DNA of 63,179 nt, filler included, from Guillardia theta CCMP2712 (Eukaryota > Protista > Cryptophyta), in the NCBI RefSeq assembly GCF_000315625.1. It is 5 parts of 5 records of this genome, joined end to end, with 100 filler letters (N's around TTAATTAATTAA, not from the genome) between each part and the next. Parts side by side here need not be neighbours in the genome. Positions count along the whole stretch, not along the records: positions 1 to 26,633 come from NW_005434378.1; 4 more parts are not named here. The stretch is one strand, 5' to 3'. A program made the position numbers and the translations under genes. Below, one piece after another: positions 1 to 10,406 of this stretch (positions within the stretch are counted from its first letter, which is position 1; each line of letters starts with the position of its first letter). The notes beneath the pieces are model-generated. The model was given only the letters and a program-made list of their open reading frames with translations, searched no databases and had not been told where the DNA came from.

Positions 1-2444
1 TCGGTCACGTGTGTGTCACGTGACCGCAGGTGAGCCTGTCAGCCGGGTCACGGCCCCTGTCAGCCGGCTGACATGTCACGGGCCTGCTGACACGGTCCGC
101 TGACCGGTCACGGCCGCCCGGAGAGATCAGGCCCCCGGCCAATGTCCGGACACTTAGCCTCCTGGCGGGCCTCCAGGGGGTCTGAGGCGGGGTTGAAGGC
201 TGCAGTCGGTCTACTGACGGGCCCGGGCCGGCAGGATCCGTCCTAGAAACAGGGGGGGTCATAGGGAAGGTTTTTTCTTCCCCCCTGGGGAAGAAAAAAT
301 GTTCCCTAATGGGATCTGCGATATAAAAAAAGTCTTGTCTCGGTCACGTGATGTGTCACGTGACCGGTCAGGTGAGCCTGTCAGCCGGGTCACGGCCCCT
401 GTCAGCCGGCTGACATGTCACGGGCCTGCTGACACGGTCCGCTGACCGGTCACGGCCGCCCGGAGAGATCAGGCCCCCGGCCAATCTCCGGACACTTAGC
501 CTCCTGGCGGGCCTCCAGGGGGTCTGAGGCGGGGCTGAAGGCTGCAGTCGGTCTACTGACGGGCCCGGCCGGCAGGATCCGTCGAGAAACAGGGGGGTCA
601 AGGGAGGTTTTCTTCCCCCTGGGAGAAATGTCCTATGGGTTTTTGGATCTGCGATATAAAAAAGTCTTGTCTCGGTCACGTGATGTGTCACGTGACCGGT
701 CAGGTGAGCCTGTCAGCCGGGTCACGGCCCCTGTCAGCCGGCTGACATGTCACGGGCCTGCTGACACGGTCCGCTGACCGGTCACGGCCGCCCGGAGAGA
801 TCAGGCCCCCGGCCAATCTCCGGACACTTAGCCTCCTGGCGGGCCTCCAGGGGGTCTGAGGCGGGGCTGAAGGCTGCAGTCGGTCTACTGACGGGCCCGG
901 CCGGCAGGATCCGTCGAGAAACAGGGGGGTCAAGGGAGGTTTTCTTCCCCCTGGGAGAAATGTCCTATGGGTTTTTGGATCTGCGATATAAAAAAGTCTT
1001 GTCTCGGTCACGTGATGTGTCACGTGACCGGTCAGGTGAGCCTGTCAGCCGGGTCACGGCCCCTGTCAGCCGGCTGACATGTCACGGGCCTGCTGACACG
1101 GTCCGCTGACCGGTCACGGCCGCCCGGAGAGATCAGGCCCCCGGCCAATCTCCGGACACTTAGCCTCCTGGCGGGCCTCCAGGGGGTCTGAGGCGGGGCT
1201 GAAGGCTGCAGTCGGTCTACTGACGGGCCCGGCCGGCAGGATCTGTCGAGAAACAGGGGGGTCAAGGGAGGTTTTCTTCCCCCTGGGAGAAATGTCCTAT
1301 GGGTTTTTGGATCTGCGATATAAAAAAGTCTTGTCTCGGTCACGTGATGTGTCACGTGACCGGTCAGGTGAGCCTGTCAGCCGGGTCACGGACCCTGTCA
1401 GCCGGCTGACATGTCACGGGCCTGCTGACACGGTCCGCTGACCGGTCACGGCCGCCCGGAGAGATCAGGCCCCCGGCCAATCTCCGGACACTTAGCCTCC
1501 TGGCGGGCCTCCAGGGGGTCTGAGGCGGGGCTGAAGGCTGCAGTCGGTCTACTGACGGGCCCGGCCGGCAGGATCCGTCGAGAAACAGGGGGGTCAAGGG
1601 AGGTTTTCTTCCCCCTGGGAGAAATGTCCTATGGGTTTTTGGATCTGCGATATAAAAAAGTCTTGTCTCGGTCACGTGATGTGTCACGTGACCGGTCAGG
1701 TGAGCCTGTCAGCCGGGTCACGGCCCCTGTCAGCCGGCTGACATGTCACGGGCCTGCTGACACGGTCCGCTGACCGGTCACGGCCGCCCGGAGAGATCAA
1801 GGCCCCCGGCCAATCTCCGGACACTTAGCCTCCTGGCGGGCCTCCAGGGGGTTAGAGGCGGGGCTGAAGGCTGCAGTCGTTCTTACTGACGGGCCCGGCC
1901 GACAGGATCCGTCGAGAAACAGGGGGGGTCAAGGGGAGGTTTTCTTCCCCCTGGGAGAATGTCCTATGGGTTTTTGGATCTGCGATATAAAAAAGTCTTG
2001 TCTCGGTCACGTGATGTGTCACGTGACCGGTCAGGTGAGCCTGTCAGCCGGGTCACGGCCCCTGTCAGCCGGCTGACATGTCACGGGCCTGCTGACACGG
2101 TCCGCTGACCGGTCACGGCCGCCCGGAGAGATCAGGCCCCCGGCCAATCTCCGGACACTTAGCCTCCTGGCGGGCCTCCAGGGGGTCTGAGGCGGGGCTG
2201 AAGGCTGCAGTCGGTCTACTGACGGGCCCGGCCGGCAGGATCGGTCGAGAAACAGGGGGGTCAAGGGAGGTTTTCTTCCCCCTGGGAGAAATGTCCTATG
2301 GGTTTTTGGATCTGCGATATAAAAAAGTCTTGTCTCGGTCACGTGATGTGTCACGTGACCGGTCAGGTGAGCCTGTCAGCCGGGTCACGGCCCCTGTCAG
2401 CCGGCTGACATGTCACGGGCCTGCTGACACGGTCCGCTGACCGG
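1..2444 (+). repeat. 332-bp GC-rich satellite, about 7.3 tandem copies
   Basis: Near-identical unit (tcggtcacgtgatgtgtcacgtgaccgg...gatataaaaaagtcttgtc) recurs every 332 bp; shadow ORFs start at 368, 700, 1032 and 1364. Confidence 0.98.
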
Positions 2445-3588
2445 CATAGCGTTGTCGGGTCAAGGAACTTGCTGACAATTGGGATTTGTACCAGATCCAG
2501 GCGTTTTCCAGTACAAAATTGTGTGTGAGTAAAAAATCCAAGGATTGGAAGGTTTGAAAATCCATTTCCAGCCTGCACGTTCAACGGCAACCAGGGGTAA
2601 TTGAGAGCTCAGATAAGTAAACAATCGTTCCTATTTGTCTTTGGATAGGGTCACATAGCGCTTGTATAGTGGAGTAATGATTCGTACCAGAACCTGATGG
2701 GTAGGCGTGGTAGTATTTCAAATGATTCGAACCAAACGGACGCGACAGGGGGGTGGGGGGTAGAGGTATTGGTCTGGTACTGTAATGGGTACCTTATAAA
2801 ATACATTTAGCAGAGGGGGTCTCCCTCCCCATCTCCCTCCCCTCAACACTTGCGCATCCCTGTCCTTCCCTGTTCATGAAGCTCAGACTCTTGTCACACC
2901 TTCCCTGATGACCCTCAACTTTCTTTGACGCTTCTGTCTGCCTTGTCCTTCCCCAACATGCTGGAAACTCAAACTCTGAAACCATGCGCATGACTTGACT
3001 AGCACTGTGTTTCTCGGTTTGAATGCGGGAGGAAAAATGATACATGGAGTGCAACTAAGACGTTCATGTTTCAACCTCATAGATACAAGTAGTATTGCAT
3101 TGGTAAATGACTGTCATTTTACTTCTCATTGACACAGCATCAAGAACTTGCTTTGGATCGATCATTGCTTGGAAAGTGTCATTTTTCAGACAGAACTTCG
3201 AGTTTATCTATATTCTGTGTCCATCCACACGATCAAATCTGCTTTGATACACTTTTTTAGCAATTCTTAAGTTGAGCACATAAAAGGCCATGAAAAAGAT
3301 ACATGTTTGCAGACGCTCTCCTCCGCCTGATCCCCTCCTGCCCTCCACGAACCTTCTCTTCTCTTGGACTCCTGCTCCTCTACCATTCATCGTCCTCTCC
3401 TTTTGTGTGAGTTGCTCTCGGACTAGGGGAGGGGAGGAGAAGCCGGGAAGGGAAAGGTGAGCCTGGGAGGTATTGATATGCTGATCGCGAGAGAGTAGAT
3501 GCCAGAGGAGAGACGGTTTACTCAAGACCACTACCGAGGAAGGGAGGAAGGCGACGAGAGAAAGGAGAAAGCTTCGGGTAGAGACGGC

Positions 3589-3882
3589 TTACTTGATACC
3601 ACTAGCGATAAAGGGATGTTTCAGAGCCTCCTGTGCTGTCATCCTCGTGCGGAGATAGATGTCGAGGCAGCGGTTGAGGAAGTCCCAGATCGCATGTTTC
3701 TCCTGCCCTTGCATCCCGCATCCGCGCTCAGGGAGCTTGACAAGGTCCGCCATGTTTGCTTCAAACCGCGGGCATAGCTGAGATGCTCTTCCAATGGTCC
3801 GAACTGAATGGCATCAAGTTAGCAACCTCAGGCTTTTCGCCTCCATATCACCCTCATTCTCATCCTCAGGATAATAGAACTT

Positions 3883-3918
<36 letters not shown>

Positions 3919-4161
3919 AATTTTACCTCAACTTTGAGCTTGAAATCTTTAATAACATCCGGAAGGAGCGAGAGCTGGCCGTAGAATCATCAGAGGGCAA
4001 GCTGTAGCCGTTGCTCTTCGTTACTGGGAAACTCTTGCTCATTGACCCTGACTTTGTGCTGCGGCGTGATGAACTCGATTGACAGTGTCCTTTGGAAATA
4101 TCTTCTCTGCCAGCCCAAAGTCCACAAGCAAGTACTTGTTGTTCCTTCTGTCGTAGAGGAA
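3589..4161 (-). pseudogene. CDC7: Captured, truncated and frameshifted CDC7-like kinase fragment inside element 1
   Basis: Manual minus-strand translation gives FLYDRRNNKYLLVDFGLAEK (from 4161; Cdc7-type subdomain VIb-VII) and DFLNRCLDIYLRTRMTAQEALKHPFI..* (ending 3589; subdomain XI). A GT-AG intron at 3926-3804 contains (GTTGTC)n and a GCTAAC branch point. Confidence 0.75.
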
Positions 4162-4541
4162 GGATCAGTAGGGGTGGGACAAACAAACAAACAAAGCAAA
4201 AAGCAGTACGAGGACAAACAATCAAACCAACAATCATGGGTCAACAGTCCATAGGGTCAACAGGTTGACAAACAGACAAACAAACAAACGAACAGGTGGG
4301 CTCCGCTCTATTGAATACTTATTGAACAGGTGGATGCCTTTCCAGGTAATTGGGTAAATTTCCCGGGGCGGGCTTGATTTTTCCACTTCCATGGTTTGAG
4401 TGGGGATGAGGAGATTAGTCCTTTCAAATTTTCCGAAGGGGTTTTCAAAATTCCGAAAGTTTATCCTTTAATTTCAATATTATTTATTAATGTTCAAATA
4501 TTCAAAACATTCTATTGAAATTTTCCCGCCAATTGATCATC

Positions 4542-7147
4542 ATGCTGCCCCCACAGCGACAGATCACGACATCTCCTGCCCGCAATGCTCCCATCATCAA
4601 CTTCAAGGATCTCGACCTGTTGTCATCACCCAAGGTCCCTGGTTCAACGTGGTACTCTTCTTCATCTGAAAATTTTCTGGGTAGATTGATGTGTATGTTA
4701 TAGGTATGATGCGTTCATTGCCGCCACAGGGCCAGGGCATGGACCCCCTCCCTACATTTTCGCACCGCAAGCATACAAGTGGGCTTTAAGTGCGACTCCT
4801 GTATTACACGGTGATCACTTTCCATTGGATGCCCAAGCAATTCTGGGATTTCAGACAAGGGCAGCTCTGGAAGGCTACTTTGACAAGGATAGTAAGAGTC
4901 CAGACGTGATTAGATTACTCAACGACATGGGTGCCAATCATAACGATTTTTGGAGAAAATCTGTGCTGGGCAAAAGTTTGGCCATATCTGCTATACATGC
5001 CGAAAAGAATGAAGAGCTCAAGGCAAAAATTGCAAGTCTCGAGCACCAGATTAAAGTACTTCAACAGGAAGTCAAGAACTTGAAAGCTGCTAATGAATCC
5101 TCTCCTCCAAGGCCACGCTCTGCATCTACTATTGACTTCAGGGAAGTGATCAAGTCAGAGGAGCAATGCAACATTTGGGTAGAAGAATTGAAACCGTACT
5201 TTGAACGGTTTGCCAACCTCACAAAAGAAGTCACAGAAATAAACTATCTCCCATGCTCTGAAGAACATAAGGATGAGCTTTTCTATTATGCACTAGCGCA
5301 ATTGACTTACGGCAGACGTCTTGGACAAAAGAGATTGTTCAATTTTCATTCGTTCTGCAAGGGATTTCTTGGGCGTGAAGAGTTGAAAACAAAACTAAGA
5401 GAGACTTTTGACAACAACGCGAGTATAAAACGAATCTTTGTTCACGTGTGCAAAACCTCTCTTGTGAATCATATGGAAGATGTTAGCAAATCGATCATAT
5501 CCAGTGGAGTGCCTATTCGAAAGTTCGACAAAGTTTGTCACGCTTTGGGCCGCTCGATGTGTCCGAGTGTCAAAGCACTTTGCGCGAGAAACCGAGAATA
5601 TAAGCGCATGATTGAAGACGAACTTGGTGTGTTTCTGATGGAGAATGGAAGTGGGTTGGACTTAGAAAGGACAGTAGAATTGATACACGACGACAATGCA
5701 GAAGTTTTCAAAGATGCAGAAAACCTATATTTACATATTATTTTCGACGGTTGTAGAATAACTCAAACTGGTAAATATCAGGTATACTTCTGTGCAATAC
5801 TCTCACCGACGGAGGATATCACGGACCCTAGTATGTTGACGAAAGCGAAACGCCAGTATTCCTTCTGTGTGATCGACGGTCACGACACGATTGAAAATAT
5901 CGATGCAAATTTTATCAAAGTCTATGCACCTTTTCTTGCCGTGTTCTTGAAAGGATCAGACGGCGAGATTACACCTGGAATTCATATTTTTGAAGGCAGA
6001 GCGAAATTTGGGAGACAGCGCAGCCGGAACGGTGAAGTTCCGCACAGAATTATTCATGTGATCGGAGTGATTCGGAGCGACATGAGTGGGAGCTGGAAGA
6101 TAATGAATCATGGGGGACTCCATGATCCAATTGGGGCATGTTTCCTCTGTGATCAACCTTCTTGTCAAAGACATATTTATTATGAATTGGTGGTTGTTGA
6201 TTCAGATATTGCATGGGATGATATTCCGACAAGATTTCAAATGCACCAGGATACTTTTGCAATGGTGAATGGACTTCGCAAGGTAGATGGCAACGTTTTG
6301 AACTTGGAACAATATGACAATCTGGACAGTCTGGGCATCGATGTGGAGAACGTTGTGATCTGCTCCATGCACATGGTGTTTCGTGTATCGATTGCATTTG
6401 TCTTGTATGTATGCAACACCGCGAAAGAAAACAAAACGTTTCCTGTTGTGCAGAGAATGCTGGCAGAAATCAATATTCACGTCAAAGATTCAAGATCGTT
6501 TGCAATGCATGATATGCCTCAATTGATCGGTGAAAGTACCAAAAGGTTCCTCAAGGCATTTCCTGACTTGATAGTTGCTGCCCGGGCCAAAAATGCTGAC
6601 TTGTGGAAAGATCTCTGTGAAAAATGGGCATCAATAGTCTCAAGTGTTCTTCAGACGGACATTAAGAAAATGAGTCAAACAGAAATTGATTCTTTTGCTA
6701 TGCGATGTAATGATTTCTTGGCAAGATATGTCCTTCTTACAGACAGACTGGAATACTGCAGAGGGATCTACCTACATTTCCTTGCGGTTGGACATGTTAC
6801 AGATCAATTCAAAAAATTTGCAGAAAAGAAGATTCCTCTTGGTCTTCTGAACATGAGCGCGATGGAGAAGAGGCATTTGGTGAGTTCAGACTTACACTGC
6901 TTCATCATTTCTAAAACATTGAGCATTTGTGTAGGAAGTTTCTAAACCATCGTATCACCAAGGGGCAACGGCAGCATGTGGCTCAAAGCGAGGCAGGGAG
7001 CAGGAACCAAATGGCCAGGAAATGTCGTCTGACCAGAAGAGATTAGCCAGTACTATGATCTATCAGGCTGCAGGCTCCTTCAAGAACATATGTATGCTGT
7101 GCCGAAACATGCAACCTGTCTGTACATGTCGGCATCATGGCTCTTGA
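4542..7147 (+). CDS. DDE transposase of the CMC (EnSpm/Mirage/Chapaev)-Transib/RAG1 group; predicted exons 4542-4680, 4730-6879, 6935-7147 (about 833 aa)
   Basis: ORF 4825-6945 shows the motif order IIFDG ... RSDMS ... CFLC ... CSMH ... YLHFLAVGHV ... LGLLNMSAMEKRH. Two short GT-AG introns (49 and 55 nt) keep the frame by manual check. The last exon ends in CMLCRNMQPVCTC. Confidence 0.85.
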
Positions 7148-7285
7148 CCTTTAGTACTGTACAACTCATTGAACACGCTATGTTATAAACCTACTACCGT
7201 GTTATTCAGGAGGATAAGTCCAAATTTCTTCTCTTGATGCGCCTAACAGTACAAGTCTGTTGACCTACAAGGGATGAAGTCCATG

Positions 7286-8377
7286 TCAGCTTATGATGTA
7301 ATATTCATCAACAACTTTCATCACCTCAATGAATAAGCTTTCACTCTTGACAACAAAAAAAATAGGAAATTTGATGTAAATGGCAACACCTGACTCGCGA
7401 ATTACAAGAGGTGCATCAATTGTTGGGATTGCAAGATAATTTCGTTTGAACATCTCCTGCCTCCCAACTGTTTCAGGCAGAATCCAACAATAGTGCATCC
7501 CATTCTTACGCTTGCATTCGACTTGTCTCTGAAAAGCAAGCGGCAAGTCCTCAATAATTTGTCGCACGCTGACATTTTTGACTTCAAATCCACGTTTTCT
7601 CACGCTGGAAGGATACCCCAGCGCTGATCTGTATGCAAGCCAAGTAAACATTTCCCTCTCTATTGATACCCAGATTGTTGTCGCACATGGCGTTCGTAAA
7701 ACTTCTGAGGCAAGACAAGGTCTGAAATTCCCCCACCGTACAGATTCTCGCCTCCGATTGTTTTCAATAAACATGATCCAACCAATGACGAAGAAAAGTT
7801 GGCCCGACCTTGGTATATCGTATTCTTTACGAAATGCATCTATTCTTTCTGCTGCATTCTCTCGCGGGTAGGTATTTCCAGTGCGAGGCGTCAACCGTAA
7901 AGTAGTTGGAGCAGAAAATTGTGGAAATTCTATACAAGCCTGCTCAAGGATGTCTTCATGTGGCACCTCATCAGTATAGATAGATTGAAGGCACTGGTTT
8001 TCGCCGAGACCATCCACATATTTTGTAAATTGATGAGAATTGTTAAGCCCGCCCTCATGACTGACTCTTTGCAGCAAAGTTTTCCTATACAACCACACGA
8101 TAGTACATGTCTCTTCCTTGACATGCTTGATGATCCCTAGTTGCTCATGTGAGTCAATATCTCGAAAGATCACAGCGGTCCCTGCAGCGAACCGGTGATC
8201 GTCCGAGTCCTCCACAGCTCGAGAATGGGGCCTCTGGGTCTGACATATTTGCAGTGGGATCGTGAGTTGGGGCGGAGGCTGCTTGTTTTCAAGACGCTCA
8301 TCAGCAGATTCTCGTATTCTTGCCTCTCTTTGTCTTCGCCTAAGCTCTCCTGCAGCTGATGCATCACGTCTGCGCAT
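7286..8377 (-). CDS. Transposon accessory protein with a BAH-like domain (363 aa)
   Basis: Intact ORF convergent with the transposase. The segment AGTAVIFRD..QLGIIKHV..CTIVWLYRK..ENQCLQSIYTDEVPHEDILEQACI follows the BAH pattern (G.I ... V.W.YR ... NE.F.S...D.V....I). Confidence 0.65.
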   Translation of the reverse strand: MRRRDASAAGELRRRQREARIRESADERLENKQPPPQLTIPLQICQTQRPHSRAVEDSDDHRFAAGTAVIFRDIDSHEQLGIIKHVKEETCTIVWLYRKTLLQRVSHEGGLNNSHQFTKYVDGLGENQCLQSIYTDEVPHEDILEQACIEFPQFSAPTTLRLTPRTGNTYPRENAAERIDAFRKEYDIPRSGQLFFVIGWIMFIENNRRRESVRWGNFRPCLASEVLRTPCATTIWVSIEREMFTWLAYRSALGYPSSVRKRGFEVKNVSVRQIIEDLPLAFQRQVECKRKNGMHYCWILPETVGRQEMFKRNYLAIPTIDAPLVIRESGVAIYIKFPIFFVVKSESLFIEVMKVVDEYYIIS

Positions 8378-8806
8378 TGCAAATGCAGGGAGGAGGGAAG
8401 AGAGTGGCCTTTTCTTCTCCAGTCTGTGACTTGAAGTGATTCACATACCTCCGAGAGGGTAGGGTCCATGCTAATTTGACCCCGTCCGAGACCCCGCTAG
8501 CTCAGGGAAAGAGGTGGGTCCAAAGCATTGATGTTTGAACTTTGAAATGTAGACCATAAGCCGTTGTGGTACAAGTTTTCCTGTGGTACTTCAAATAGTA
8601 CCACCACAATTGTACCGTTGGTACAGATATTTTCTACCAGGAAGTACCCTACCCCCTCAAACAGGTCCCAACAAATTTGAATCAGCTCCCAGCCGTCTGA
8701 CCCACCCCAGACCCCAACTGCCATTTGCTATTCACATATGTGGAAGGATACCCCCACAGAAAACTATTGAAAACCAGAGGGGTCAGTTGAGAGCGACAAC
8801 GCTATG

Positions 8807-10406
8807 GGTCACGGCCGCCCGGAGAGATCAGGCCCCCGGCCAATCTCCGGACACTTAGCCTCCTGGCGGGCCTCCAGGGGGTCTGAGGCGGGGCTGAAGG
8901 CTGCAGTCGGTCTACTGACGGGCCCGGCCGGCAGGATCGGTCGAGAAACAGGGGGGTCAAGGGAGGTTTTCTTCCCCCTGGGAGAAATGTCCTATGGGTT
9001 TTTGGATCTGCGATATAAAAAAGTCTTGTCTCGGTCACGTGATGTGTCACGTGACCGGTCAGGTGAGCCTGTCAGCCGGGTCACGGCCCCTGTCAGCCGG
9101 CTGACATGTCACGGGCCTGCTGACACGGTCCGCTGACCGGTCACGGCCGCCCGGAGAGATCAGGCCCCCGGCCAATCTCCGGACACTTAGCCTCCTGGCG
9201 GGCCTCCAGGGGGTCTGAGGCGGGGCTGAAGGCTGCAGTCGGTCTACTGACGGGCCCGGCCGGCAGGATCGGTCGAGAAACAGGGGGGTCAAGGGAGGTT
9301 TTCTTCCCCCTGGGAGAAATGTCCTATGGGTTTTTGGATCTGCGATATAAAAAAGTCTTGTCTCGGTCACGTGATGTGTCACGTGACCGGTCAGGTGAGC
9401 CTGTCAGCCGGGTCACGGCCCCTGTCAGCCGGCTGACATGTCACGGGCCTGCTGACACGGTCCGCTGACCGGTCACGGCCGCCCGGAGAGATCAGGCCCC
9501 CGGCCAATCTCCGGACACTTAGCCTCCTGGCGGGCCTCCAGGGGGTCTGAGGCGGGGCTGAAGGCTGCAGTCGGTCTACTGACGGGCCCGGCCGGCAGGA
9601 TCCGTCGAGAAACAGGGGGGTCAAGGGAGGTTTTCTTCCCCCTGGGAGAAATGTCCTATGGGTTTTGGATCTGCGATATAAAAAAGTCTTGTCTCGGTCA
9701 CGTGATGTGTCACGTGACCGGTCAGGTGAGCCTGTCAGCCGGGTCACGGCCCCTGTCAGCCGGCTGACATGTCACGGGCCTGCTGACACGGTCCGCTGAC
9801 CGGTCACGGCCGCCCGGAGAGATCAGGCCCCCGGCCAATCTCCGGACACTTAGCCTCCTGGCGGGCCTCCAGGGGGTCTGAGGCGGGGCTGAAGGCTGCA
9901 GTCGGTCTACTGACGGGCCCGGCCGGCAGGATCCGTCGAGAAACAGGGGGGTCAAGGGAGGTTTTCTTCCCCCTGGGAGCATGTCCTATGGGTTTTTGGA
10001 TCTGCGATATAAAAAAGTCTTGTCTCGGTCACGTGATGTGTCACGTGACCGGTCAGGTGAGCCTGTCAGCCGGGTCACGGCCCCTGTCAGCCGGCTGACA
10101 TGTCACGGGCCTGCTGACACGGTCCGCTGACCGGTCACGGCCGCCCGGAGAGATCAGGCCCCCGGCCAATCTCCGGACTGACTTAGCCTCCTGGCGGGCC
10201 TCCAGGGGGTCTGAGGCGGGGCTGAAGGCTGCAGTCGGTCTACTGACGGGCCCGGCCGGCAGGATCCGTCGAGAAACAGGGGGGTCAAGGGAGGTTTTCT
10301 TCCCCCTGGGAGAAATGTCCTATGGGTTTTTGGATCTGCGATATAAAAAAGTCTTGTCTCGGTCACGTGATGTGTCACGTGACCGGTCAGGTGAGCCTGT
10401 CAGCCG
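8807..10406 (+). repeat. 332-bp satellite, about 4.8 copies
   Basis: Same unit as 1-2444. Confidence 0.98.

Larger units (their letters stand above)
2445..8806 (+). mobile_element. Putatively autonomous 6.36-kb TIR DNA transposon (element 1; CMC/Transib-like) inserted in the satellite
   Basis: Perfect 13-bp TIR CATAGCGTTGTCG (2445-2457) / CGACAACGCTATG (8794-8806). The satellite resumes in phase with a 2-bp GG duplication (2443-2444 / 8807-8808). Contains a transposase gene. Confidence 0.95.

Noticed and set aside
340-671. Satellite as a tandem 5S, tRNA, snRNA or SL-RNA gene
   Set aside because: I recognise no conserved RNA-gene sequence. An Rfam search would be needed to exclude it fully.
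368-2354. Repeated 107-aa ORFs (MTHHVTETR...)
   Set aside because: Shadow ORFs of the satellite: GTG starts, broken by indels in several copies, no protein-like motifs.
4542-7147. Calling the transposase RAG1 or canonical Transib
   Set aside because: The shared motifs are common to the wider CMC/Transib group. The 2-bp TSD and CAT ends disagree, and there is no kelch-type RAG2 partner.
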